DNA of 64,000 nt from Gemmatimonadota bacterium (GTDB lineage Bacteria > Gemmatimonadota > Gemmatimonadetes > Gemmatimonadales > GWC2-71-9). The position numbers were made by a program, and so were the translations under genes. The notes below the pieces were generated by a model. The model did not search any database, was not told where the DNA came from, and saw only the letters and a program-made list of their open reading frames with translations. Of the stretch, positions 20,948-30,070 are shown in pieces. The stretch is taken from the NCBI GenBank assembly GCA_039586365.1, contig JBDHKN010000018.1, positions 1 to 64,000 of the forward strand, written 5' to 3'. Positions within the stretch are counted from its first letter, which is position 1. Each line of letters opens with the position of its first letter.

Positions 20948-22194
20948 GCTCTCAGCGCCTCCGCTGGGGTGTTGCGTATGGCACGCCATGCCGGGTAGAG
21001 GGCAGCCAATCCAGCGGTGATCACTCCCGCCACGGCTGCGATCAGCGCGTAGGAGAGCTGCCAGTCGGGATAGATGTTGCCCTGGAATGGAATGTTGATC
21101 CCCCGAGTGGCAGCCGTGATGTCGATGCCGGTGGCCTCGAGCCAGATGCCGACGGCCGATCCCAAGGCGCTGCCCGCTATCGCTCCGATCACACCGATGG
21201 CGATTCCCTCTGCGACTATCAAGACCACTATGTCGCGTCTACGCATTCCAAGGGCAGCCTGCATGCCGAACTCTTGCGTCCGTTCCATGATGGTCATGAG
21301 CATTGTGTTGACTATGATCAGGCCGGCCATGAGGAGCAGGAGACCGAGGATGAACCCGAATATCGGCTTGACAGCGTCCAGCACTCTGAACATCTGAGCC
21401 TGGTCCTTCCAGGAGACGACCTCGAGCTCTTGCCCGTTGGCGAGTGCGAGATCTGTGGCAATCGCACGTGCCAGGGAGTCGGCGGACTCTGGACGGCTGG
21501 TGAAGAGTAGAATCTCGGTGCTGGCATCGTCGAGATATGTCATCTGCTGGACCTGATCGAGTGGTGCCACCAAGAACGTTGCGTCGAAGTACGCCATGCC
21601 CATCTCGGAGAGAGCGGTGACCTCGAGCCGCGCACCACCCATCGATCTGTATGCGGTCTGACCGAGCAGTATCACGGTGTCCCCGACAGACACGCCGAGC
21701 TTTTCGGCCAGCTCGGAGCCAACCATGACTTCCGGGTGGCCCGCACGAGGGATCCGCCCCTCGAGCAGCATCTCCGACGGATTCAGGTAGCCTTCTTCTC
21801 GCTCCAGGTCTATGCCCAGCAGCATTCCCGGCCGATTCGATCCCGCGCCGTCCACCAGGACGGCGGTACGGATTCTCGGAATCGCCTCGACTACACCCGG
21901 GTTGCCGCGGATTGCCGGTAGCAGGTCTGATAGACCCTTCACGTTCATGTGCAGCGGCATGAACCGCTCGCGCTCGGTGTAGCCGTCAGCCCGAATCCGT
22001 ATGTGGCCCGTCTCGGTGCGGGCGTATGTGTCCAGGAAATTGCCGAGTATACCAGTCACGTACGATTGCGCGAAAGTGAGAGCGGCCACTGCCACAGTGA
22101 TTGCGGAGACGGTTAGCAGCGTTCTCCGTGTATTTCGCTGGGCATTGCGCCAAGCGAGCCGTGCGAGCGGGATCCTTCGTCTCGTTCTAGACAT
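20944..22194 (-). CDS. LolC/E-like (FtsX) ABC permease
   Basis: LAWRN...RRT; ERTQEFG...ALG; four-TM layout. Confidence 0.9.
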   Translation of the reverse strand: MSRTRRRIPLARLAWRNAQRNTRRTLLTVSAITVAVAALTFAQSYVTGILGNFLDTYARTETGHIRIRADGYTERERFMPLHMNVKGLSDLLPAIRGNPGVVEAIPRIRTAVLVDGAGSNRPGMLLGIDLEREEGYLNPSEMLLEGRIPRAGHPEVMVGSELAEKLGVSVGDTVILLGQTAYRSMGGARLEVTALSEMGMAYFDATFLVAPLDQVQQMTYLDDASTEILLFTSRPESADSLARAIATDLALANGQELEVVSWKDQAQMFRVLDAVKPIFGFILGLLLLMAGLIIVNTMLMTIMERTQEFGMQAALGMRRRDIVVLIVAEGIAIGVIGAIAGSALGSAVGIWLEATGIDITAATRGINIPFQGNIYPDWQLSYALIAAVAGVITAGLAALYPAWRAIRNTPAEALRA

Positions 22195-23461
22195 AGCGCA
22201 ACGCCCTCACCGGATCCTGCCTGCTCGCCCGCGCCGCTGGATACAGCGATGCGACTGCGGCAAGCAAACCGGTCAGCAACCATGTAATCCCCATGGCGAC
22301 GAAATCCATCGCGAAGTACATCCGTTCCTTCACAGGGTACCCGATATCCATGTCTCCATAGAGGGCCTGCAGGTCGAGCCCGGCAGTTGCGAAGTACGCG
22401 ATCACCGCGAGGGCGGCCAAAGATCCTACGGCACCGCCCAGGAGCCCGTTCAGTGCACCTTCGGTGAGGAACAGGCCCCTGATGCCGCCGCCGCGTGTCC
22501 CCATGGCCATCATCATGCCGATCTCGCGGGTACGCTCGTACGCCGCCATCAGGATCGTGTTGGTGACGCCGACGAGAGCGAGAACGACGAAGATCGCGAG
22601 AAACACGACGCTGCCGGCCCGCTTCATCTGCGCGAACGCCAGGAAGTCCTCCTCGGCGTCACGCCATCCCTTGAGATCCAGCCCGTCCAGATCGGCGATT
22701 GCGCGGTCGATACGTGCCAGCGTTGCCGACTCGCCCGCAATCTGACTGAAGCGCATTGCCAACTCGGTAGCCTCACCCTCCATTCCCAGCATGTCGCGAG
22801 CTGTCTCGAGGGGAATGAAGAAACTGCCCTGGTCAATCAGGGGATTACCGGTTCCTATCACGCCGGTGATTGGAATGTCGATCGCCTCGTATGCACCGGC
22901 CTTCGTCTTTGCCAGAACTGTGAGCCAGTCGCCGACGCCGAGCCCGAACATCTCAGCCAGTCCGCTGCCCAGAAGCATGCCTTCCTCTCCAGGCGATAGG
23001 TACTCCCCGTCGACCACTGCCTGAGGTATGCGGAATACCTCGGTGTCGCTGCCCCACACCTGAATGCCGATTCCGAGGCAGGGAATCTGATCGGCGCCGT
23101 CGGACAGGTGCGCCTGGAAAGTGAGCCGGGGCGTCGTCGCCGCCACACCGTCCACGGACGATACGGATGCCCGTATCGCATCCAGGTCCGTGAGCGAGCG
23201 GTCGAGCGGAAGCTCTTCACGTATCTCGAAGTAACCGGTCGCATATAGCTTGGCATGCCCGGTCTGGTAGTTGATCAGGTTGTCGTAGGACTGGCGCTCG
23301 ATCCCGACGATCATGGACCAGGTGATCTGGAGAAAGAACACGGCTAGGCCGACGGTCGTTGCTGTTATCCAGGTGCGGCGGTGGTTGCGCCGTAGGTTAC
23401 GCCAGCCCAGACGCAAGACGGTAGCCGGACCCAGCTTGCCCGGGAATATCTCAGGCGACAT
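22187..23461 (-). CDS. LolC/E-like (FtsX) ABC permease
   Basis: LGWRNLRRN; ERTREIGMMMAMG; start ATG 23461 after GGAGG. Confidence 0.9.
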   Translation of the reverse strand: MSPEIFPGKLGPATVLRLGWRNLRRNHRRTWITATTVGLAVFFLQITWSMIVGIERQSYDNLINYQTGHAKLYATGYFEIREELPLDRSLTDLDAIRASVSSVDGVAATTPRLTFQAHLSDGADQIPCLGIGIQVWGSDTEVFRIPQAVVDGEYLSPGEEGMLLGSGLAEMFGLGVGDWLTVLAKTKAGAYEAIDIPITGVIGTGNPLIDQGSFFIPLETARDMLGMEGEATELAMRFSQIAGESATLARIDRAIADLDGLDLKGWRDAEEDFLAFAQMKRAGSVVFLAIFVVLALVGVTNTILMAAYERTREIGMMMAMGTRGGGIRGLFLTEGALNGLLGGAVGSLAALAVIAYFATAGLDLQALYGDMDIGYPVKERMYFAMDFVAMGITWLLTGLLAAVASLYPAARASRQDPVRALRYV

Positions 23462-24161
23462 CGCGGCCTCCATTCTTGCGCTCATCTGACTCGATGAGAC
23501 CATCGCGCAAGCGAACCAAGCGCGTTGCTCTCTCCATCACCATTGGATCGTGGGTCGAGAACACGAATGTGGTACCGTGTTTCTCGTTCATCGCCTGCAT
23601 GAGATCGATGATCTCACCGGCGGTACCGCTGTCGAGGTTTGCGGTGGGTTCATCTGCGAGCACGAGGGTCGGGTTCTTTACCAACGCCCGCGCGATTGCC
23701 ACGCGCTGTTGCTGGCCTCCGCTCAACTCCGTCGGACGGCGCTCGGCCATCTCACCAAGTCCGACTTCGCTCAAGATGTTGTCAACTCGTTCGCGACGTT
23801 CGCCCTTGTGCGCCATCCCGTGGAGTTGTAGCGGGAACTCCACGTTCTCTCTCACTGTGAGCACTGGAATCAGATTGAAGGTCTGAAACACGAATCCCAG
23901 ATGTGTGTTGCGAAAATCGGCGAGATCTTTGAAAGACATCCCATCGGTTGAACGGCCCCCGATCTCGATGGTACCGGAGGTGGGTGTGTCCAATGCGCCG
24001 AGTAGGTTGAGGATCGTAGTCTTGCCGGATCCTGACGGCCCCGCGATCGACAGGAACGCGGCTGCCTCAATAGCGAGACTCACTCCGCGCACGGCGAGGA
24101 CTTCCAGGTCTCCCACTCGATAGATCTTCTTGACTTCCTCTAGTCGCGCTTTGACGGTCAT
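23451..24161 (-). CDS. LolD-like ABC ATP-binding protein
   Basis: GPSGSGKT, LSGGQQQR, LADEPTANLD. Confidence 0.93.
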   Translation of the reverse strand: MTVKARLEEVKKIYRVGDLEVLAVRGVSLAIEAAAFLSIAGPSGSGKTTILNLLGALDTPTSGTIEIGGRSTDGMSFKDLADFRNTHLGFVFQTFNLIPVLTVRENVEFPLQLHGMAHKGERRERVDNILSEVGLGEMAERRPTELSGGQQQRVAIARALVKNPTLVLADEPTANLDSGTAGEIIDLMQAMNEKHGTTFVFSTHDPMVMERATRLVRLRDGLIESDERKNGGRDVA

Positions 24162-24164
24162 GGT

Positions 24165-24653
24165 TCACATCCTTCGTTGCTTGCGGGACTTGTTCCGGTC
24201 CTGCTCGGCTCGCCAGCGAGCCACCATCTCGTTGGTCTCGGCAATGGCGAACTCGTAGAAATCCCGCATCTCCGTCAATCTGGTGCGGGCGGCCAAATTG
24301 GCCTCATCAATCGCGGTCAAGCCATGCCGGGCCAGTCGAATCAGTTCCTGAGCGACTTGGAGCCGAATGGTGATCGCCCGTTCAAAGGAGCCGGGCGAAG
24401 CCTCATAGTAGTCACGGCGGTCTCCAGGGACACTGACCCGCTGGGCAAGACCAAGCTGTTCGCAGACCCTAGCGTTGGTGCTTATCGACGCCTTGCTTAC
24501 CTGGAGTAGCGCGGTTATCTCGTTGAGTGACAGAGGCTTATCTGCAATCATCAGGAGCCCATGAACCCGTCCCGATGTTCGCGTGCCGCCCAGCCGCTCC
24601 CAGATCAACCCCATCTGTTCAACGAAGTCACGCTCCTCATGTGTCAACTGCAT
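24165..24653 (-). CDS. GbsR/MarR-family transcriptional regulator
   Basis: FVEQMG...RTSGRVHGLL, SKASIS, PGDRRDYY. Confidence 0.85.
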   Translation of the reverse strand: MQLTHEERDFVEQMGLIWERLGGTRTSGRVHGLLMIADKPLSLNEITALLQVSKASISTNARVCEQLGLAQRVSVPGDRRDYYEASPGSFERAITIRLQVAQELIRLARHGLTAIDEANLAARTRLTEMRDFYEFAIAETNEMVARWRAEQDRNKSRKQRRM

Positions 24654-24738
24654 ATGCCGCCACCCTCGTTCTGCTACCGGAACCAACATTCACTACGTTC
24701 AGTTTGTTCTTAACGTTTCAAATACCAGCGATCTGCCT

Positions 24739-25548
24739 CTATTGCAAGTGACTCTCAAACGGTGTGGCAAACAGGTCCCAGTCACTCTCGTCGATGAGGC
24801 TACGTGCCTCTTCACCCAGCAGCGCCAGCAGCCGTGGCAGGTATAAGTCGGTCCGGAGGTGGTGTTCCGCCACGAATACGAATAGCGGGCTCCGGGTCCA
24901 CGATGCCTTCGCCCTGTTCTGGGTGAGTAACTCCCCGATGAGCGCCTCCCTGCCGTCCGCAACCAGCACCATCCACAATCCCTCGAGTCGATTGGATGCC
25001 TGCACTGGGACCGGTGAGACGACAACTCGACCCTCGGGGAAGTCCAGCTCGCTCGTACTGTAGACGACTACCTGAACACCGCGCTCGGCAGCGTTGCTGA
25101 GTGGCTTACGCAAGGTGTGGAAGGTCTCGGGGAGTAGAGCTAGATACACCCGCGCTTGTGCCTGGCCGAGCATCTCCTTCGCCTTCGCCATCACGTTGTC
25201 GTGTCCCTCGATGTTCCAGATGTACTCGAGGTTCGTTTCGGAGCTGACGCTGCTGAGGTTGTCCTTCAGAGCCGTGACCAGGTCCTCATGGTCCCGCTGC
25301 AGTTTGTCGAGAAACTCGGCGGCAGGGATCGGAGAGTATTTGGTGCCTCCCTCCTTGCGCAACGTCATTGCCGCACCCCGAACCACGAGCTTGCCCAGTA
25401 CCTCATAGATCATCGACCGCGGCACACCTGAGCCCTTGGAGACCTGATAGCCTGTCGCTGGATTCTCCTGCAAGAGTGCTAGGTAGGCCTTGGACTCATA
25501 TTCGGAAAAACCCAGGCTCACTAGCTTGTCGACGGTATTGGAACCCAT
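24739..25548 (-). CDS. TrmB-family transcriptional regulator
   Basis: LGFSEYESKAY, SGVPRSMIYEVL; C-terminal effector domain. Confidence 0.9.
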   Translation of the reverse strand: MGSNTVDKLVSLGFSEYESKAYLALLQENPATGYQVSKGSGVPRSMIYEVLGKLVVRGAAMTLRKEGGTKYSPIPAAEFLDKLQRDHEDLVTALKDNLSSVSSETNLEYIWNIEGHDNVMAKAKEMLGQAQARVYLALLPETFHTLRKPLSNAAERGVQVVVYSTSELDFPEGRVVVSPVPVQASNRLEGLWMVLVADGREALIGELLTQNRAKASWTRSPLFVFVAEHHLRTDLYLPRLLALLGEEARSLIDESDWDLFATPFESHLQ

Positions 25549-25566
25549 TGTTCGGCCCTATACGTG

Positions 25567-25580
25567 GTTAGTACACTAAC
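25567..25580. promoter_or_regulatory. Palindrome GTTAGT-AC-ACTAAC upstream of the TrmB-family gene, possible autoregulatory operator
   Basis: Perfect inverted repeat about 19 nt upstream of the start codon. Confidence 0.4.
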
Positions 25581-25808
25581 TGAGTGGTTGTTAAGCTAAC
25601 GTCTTCATTCTCTATACGCAATATTGCGCCTGATGTTTCAACTGGAGACGGGGGGTAGAATGTGACGAGGCGTGAGCAATAAGTGGTGAGCAGTGGGCGC
25701 CATTCCTCGCTTATCAACCGTTGGGACATCATCTTACGGCCAGTTTGGGTGGGCGTCTGAGGCCGGACGGGTTGGCGCTCGCACCATCGAGCCGCGGAAA
25801 TGAGGCAT

Positions 25809-27093
25809 ATGACTTCGACACATACGATCGAGCAACGGCGGAACATCTGGTCTCGTGCAGCTGAGTTGGCGGCTGAGACTCCGGAGTCGCGTAACCGCTA
25901 CGTGGATTTCCTGCGCGCCCTGTCGATTGGGGCTGTGGTGATTGGGCATTGGCTGGTCGCCGCCCCGTACTTGAATGGCGGGGAGATCAACCTGGAGAAC
26001 ATGCTCTATTACCAGCCCTGGACCCAGTGGCTCACCTGGGCGTTTCAGGTCATGTCCGTCTTTTTCATCGTGGGTGGATACTCCAACGGGGTCTCTTGGC
26101 GATCGGCCCAGCGATCGAATCGCAGGTACGCTGAGTGGTTGAGCGGGCGACTGCAACGACTGGTAGGTCCCGTGTTGCCGCTGCTGTTCGTTTGGGCGTT
26201 GCTCGGCGCTATCGCTCACTGGTGGGGAGTCGATCCCGGGTTGATCAAGCTGGGCTCCCAAATGGCGCTCATCCCGATCTGGTTCCTTGCGGTATACGTA
26301 GGCGCTGTAGTGCTGGTGCCGGTCACTCATGCGGCCTGGCAACGCTTCGGCATGTGGTCGTTTGTGGCACTTGCCGTCGCCGCCGCGTTGGATGATGTTG
26401 GTCTGGCTGGCCGTACATCAGCTGGGTTACGCGTGGCATGATGGAAGACTCACGGGACTCTCGAAATTGCTCCCGCTGTGTCTTGGAGCTCTGCTGATAC
26501 TGGTTGGCCTCGTGACCCTGGGGCCTTATCCACTGAGCATGGTCAGTGTGCCGGGTGAGGCTGTCAGTAACTCGCTGCCACCCAAGCTCACGATGCTGGC
26601 GCTAGGTGTGTTCCAGGGTGGCCTGCTCCTCTCCTTGGAAGCGCCGCTACGTCGCTGGCTTACGCGCATGACGCCGTGGACGGCAACGGTGCTGGTGAAC
26701 GGGATGATCATGACGATCTACCTCTGGCACCTGAGCGCCATGGCATTGATCGCCGGTCTGGGGCTGGCGACTGGCTTTGCAGGTTTGACTCTGGTACCAG
26801 GGAGTGGCGTGTGGTGGCTGTGCCGACCGGTGTGGATTGCTATCCTCCTGGTTGTCTTGGCTCTATTCGGACTGATCTTCGGGCGGTTCGAACGCTCCGC
26901 TGCTGGGTCTGGCAGTATCGGCGCGTGGCGACTCATAGTTGGATCTGCACTAGTGTGTGGTGGACTGGCCTTGGTGGCGCTGGACGGGGTCGGAGGAAGT
27001 GGTTGGCTCGGGATTCGCATCTGGGTAATCGCGCTTCCGTTTGTTGGGGCGGCTGTAGCAGGAGTGAACCCAATGCGCAGCCGGCCGGGTTAG
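25809..27093 (+). pseudogene. Acyltransferase-3 family membrane protein split by a frameshift
   Basis: 5' ORF (RNRYVDFLRA, GHW, WFLAVY) continues in another frame (VWLAVHQLGYAW, MTIYLWH); switch near 26395. Confidence 0.78.
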
Positions 27094-27341
27094 CTATCAA
27101 GCGTTCGCCGTGCACTCTCATTGATTCTCACGCCACGATCGTCCGTGTACTCCAAGAGATCGCCGGGCTGACATTGGAGTTCTCGGCAGAGCGCATCCAG
27201 GGTGGAAAACCGGATCGCCTTGGCTTTGTTGGTCTTGAGGATTGACAGGTTGGCGAGTGTGAGGCCCACCCGCTCTGAGAGCTCGGTGAGGCTCATCTTC
27301 CTTTTCACCAGGACCAAGTCGAGGTTCACCGAGATCGGCAT
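27090..27341 (-). CDS. YozG-like Cro/C1 (XRE) HTH regulator
   Basis: LANLSILKTNKAKAIRFSTL...CQPGDLLEY; usual partner of DUF2975. Confidence 0.92.
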   Translation of the reverse strand: MPISVNLDLVLVKRKMSLTELSERVGLTLANLSILKTNKAKAIRFSTLDALCRELQCQPGDLLEYTDDRGVRINESARRTLDS

Positions 27342-27398
27342 GGCCTGCTGCTCGAAGTGTTGGTAAGACGTCGAGGCCACATCATCTGCCGCCTGGCG

Positions 27399-27902
27399 TC
27401 AAATCGTGAGCGACTGGTCACTCTCCAGTCGCGAGCCGTATTCGAAGACGGTGGCGAGAACCAGGAGCAGCAGACCCACAAGTATCACTCCGACGTCTAA
27501 ATCAAATGGCGGACTCAATACAATCCCTTCGGTGATTACCTGATCCAAGACCAGTCGTGCGACAGAGTACTCTGTCATCGGAACGGCGACCGCACCAATC
27601 ATCAGTATCAAGCCGATCCATCGCATACGGCGGACGTTTGTAGCGGCGAAGGGGTGTCCCTCCATGACAGTTACATTGATCTTCCGAAGCATGTAGATGA
27701 CGAAGAGAACAGCGAATGTACCCACCAGCATTCTCACGGCGCTTACAAAGTGGAGCCACCAACTGGTGGTCAGGAATCGCAGCTCGCCCCGTCCCTCTAC
27801 AATGCGCAACGACTCAATAGATGCCGACCCGGACGCCTCTGCTCTCACTGACAGGACGGGTCGCACCGAGCCTGACCCAATTCTGTTCCTCACTGTGTAC
27901 AT
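27399..27902 (-). pseudogene. DUF2975-family membrane protein, apparently 5'-truncated
   Basis: GHPF...NVRRMRWIG and VFEYG..LESDQSLTI C-terminus; no N-terminal TM helix and no clear RBS. Confidence 0.6.
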
Positions 27903-27976
27903 TCATGCGGTCGTGATTCTGCAGGCAGGTTAATGACTTTAGCCAACCACGAGTAGTGCGTTAACGAGGGGCGAAG

Positions 27977-29497
27977 ATGACGCTGACTCTCAAAGGAACT
28001 GGACTGACTATAGAGGATGTCGTGCAGGTTTCCCGGGGCGGGTTACGGGTACAGCTGCACCCGAAGGCGGAGGAGAGAATTCTAGCATGCCGTTCCATGC
28101 TCGAGAGGAAGCTAGCAGCGCATGAGATCATCTACGGCATCAACACAGGGATCGGTGAATTCTCGGAGACCAGGCTTGCGGACGATGAGGTCAAGCGGTT
28201 TCAGCGCTACCTGATCTACAACCACGCTGCTGGCATTGGGGATCCTGCACCAGAGGAATACGTCCGAGCAGCGATGCTATCACGCGCCAACGTGCACGCC
28301 AAGGGGCGCTCGGGTATGCGACTCGAGATGACGCAGCTCCTGGTTGAAATGCTGAACCGAGGGGTCACACCGTTCGTCTGCCAGAAAGGCTCTGTTGGAG
28401 CCTCTGGTGACCTGGCGCCGATGTCGCAGATAGCGCTGGTCGCCATAGGCGAGGGACAGGCATGGTTCGAGGGCGAGCTCCTGCCCGGCCACGAGGCGCT
28501 CAGGCGAGCAGGTCTGGAACCGGCCGTGCTACATGCCCGTGATGGCCTCGCCATGATAAACGGTTCCAACTTCCTAAACGGCATGAGCGCGCTCCACCTG
28601 TACGACGCAAACCGCTGGTTGAAACAGGCCGAGATCGCTGCCGCAATGACGCTGGAAGCGTTGAACGCCAACATGAGACCGTATGAGCCCAGGCTGCACC
28701 AAGAGCGCGGGTTCGCTGGAGCGGTGCGAAGTGCCAAGGCGATCATGAAGTGCATACATGGGAGCGACGTGCTCGAAGCGGACAGGAAGAAGGTGCAGGA
28801 CGCCTATTCAATGCGTAGTACCCCTCAGGTGATTGGTGCAGCTCACGATGCCTTGGGCTTCGCACGCAGTCAGGTGGAGATCGAGCTGAACGGCGTTGGT
28901 GACAATCCGGTCTTCTTGGCTGAAGACGACGTGAGTCTGACGGGAGCGAACTTCCAAGGCACTCCTGTGTCGCTGCCGATGGAGCTGATGGGGATGGCCG
29001 TAACAATGGTGTCGGTCTTGTCCGAGCGCCGACTGAATCGCCTACTCAACCCTGCGCTGTCGGTCGGGCTACCGCCGTTCCTCACAGAGAATCCCGGGTT
29101 GAACAGCGGTTTCATGCTGTCCCAATACACGGCCGGCACTCTGATTGTGGAACAACGGATGCTCTCGGCTCCGGCCGCAACCGCATCGATCCCGGCGGCT
29201 GCCGATCAGGAAGACTTCGTTAGTATGGGGATGAACACAGCGATCAAGAACGGTCAAGTGCTCGAGAACGCCTATGGCGTACTGGGGATTGAGTTCATGG
29301 CTGCTGCCCAGGCACTCGATCTCCGCGGGCACAAGGTCGGAAAGGGGGTCGCGGCTGCGCGTGAAGTTGTCAGAAGCCGAGTCGAATACCTCGCGGAAGA
29401 TAGACCTCTCTATCCGGATCACACAGCGATGGCGGATCTGGTCAAATCATGCCAGATCCTCGAGGCGGTGGAAGCAGCGGTCGGGCCGTTGGAGTGA
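27977..29497 (+). CDS. hutH: MIO-dependent aromatic amino acid ammonia-lyase, histidase-like
   Basis: GSVGASGDLAP (ASG MIO), YGINTGIG, QDAYSMR, NHAAG and QEDFVSM (HAL-type His and Glu). Confidence 0.8.
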   Translation: MTLTLKGTGLTIEDVVQVSRGGLRVQLHPKAEERILACRSMLERKLAAHEIIYGINTGIGEFSETRLADDEVKRFQRYLIYNHAAGIGDPAPEEYVRAAMLSRANVHAKGRSGMRLEMTQLLVEMLNRGVTPFVCQKGSVGASGDLAPMSQIALVAIGEGQAWFEGELLPGHEALRRAGLEPAVLHARDGLAMINGSNFLNGMSALHLYDANRWLKQAEIAAAMTLEALNANMRPYEPRLHQERGFAGAVRSAKAIMKCIHGSDVLEADRKKVQDAYSMRSTPQVIGAAHDALGFARSQVEIELNGVGDNPVFLAEDDVSLTGANFQGTPVSLPMELMGMAVTMVSVLSERRLNRLLNPALSVGLPPFLTENPGLNSGFMLSQYTAGTLIVEQRMLSAPAATASIPAAADQEDFVSMGMNTAIKNGQVLENAYGVLGIEFMAAAQALDLRGHKVGKGVAAAREVVRSRVEYLAEDRPLYPDHTAMADLVKSCQILEAVEAAVGPLE

Positions 29498-29550
29498 GTC
29501 AGTCTCGAGCCTGGTTGGGAGTGTGGCTTCCCCCAGCAGCTGTCAGTTGT

Positions 29551-29584
29551 GCCCCGCGCGGTCAGCATGAAGTGCGGGGCTTTT
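29551..29584 (+). terminator. Possible intrinsic terminator after the ammonia-lyase gene
   Basis: GCCCCGCGC-N12-GTGCGGGGC stem followed by TTTT. Confidence 0.5.
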
Positions 29585-29746
29585 GACAAGCGCATTCCTG
29601 AGGCTCCGTCAGTGCTTCACATGCAGTTCACCGAGGTTTCATTCAGGAGCGACATAATTGCTACGGTCTCCTTGAATCCGAACCAGGACTTCCCCGTCAG
29701 GAGGAAGTGGAGGATCGCGAACCCGCGCCACGTGAAAGGAGAATCC

Positions 29747-30070
29747 GTGACCGAACTGTTCGTAGGTGCAGCCGTAGCTACAGGCTTCTGGCTGACCGTG
29801 CAATTCACTCGTAGGAAGTCCCTCGCGGTCAGATGGTGGCAGTGGGGCCTGACAGTGTTGGGTTTCATCTATCTGGTGTTTGTGGCTGAGGTTGTGGTTG
29901 GCTTCCTGAGGGAAGGGACTCCCAAGGGCGCAGTGGTGATGGGAACGATGTTGGGTTTCGTAGCGGTTGTGTGGGGTGTCCTATTGGGACGGTTCGTCTT
30001 TCGCGGCAATCTCGCACCGAGGGCTGAGAGCGGTGAGGTGTCAGGGACAGGAGGTGAACATGTCGCATAG
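29747..30070 (+). CDS. rdhB: Reductive dehalogenase membrane anchor (RdhB-like) 1
   Basis: 107 aa, three TM helices, WWQW motif, EG before the third helix; GTG start after AAGGAG; overlaps the rdhA start. Confidence 0.8.
   Translation: MTELFVGAAVATGFWLTVQFTRRKSLAVRWWQWGLTVLGFIYLVFVAEVVVGFLREGTPKGAVVMGTMLGFVAVVWGVLLGRFVFRGNLAPRAESGEVSGTGGEHVA

Noticed and set aside
22001..22999. Long antisense ORFs (also 1090..1857, 1894..2661, 31613..32401, 62355..63059)
   Set aside because: Shadow frames of well-supported genes in GC-rich DNA, with no motifs
26329..26441. Programmed frameshift or stop-codon readthrough in the acyltransferase
   Set aside because: No slippery heptamer at the junction and sequence appears to be missing, so a deletion is more likely
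27928..27944. GGTTAA-N5-TTAGCC as a dehalobox
   Set aside because: Wrong spacing and a mismatched right arm
29498..29746. Cobalamin riboswitch or CprK dehalobox/FNR box upstream of rdhB1
   Set aside because: No B12-box pattern and no TTAAT-N4-ATTAA or TTGAT-N4-ATCAA seen by eye; only imperfect hairpins. An Rfam scan would settle it
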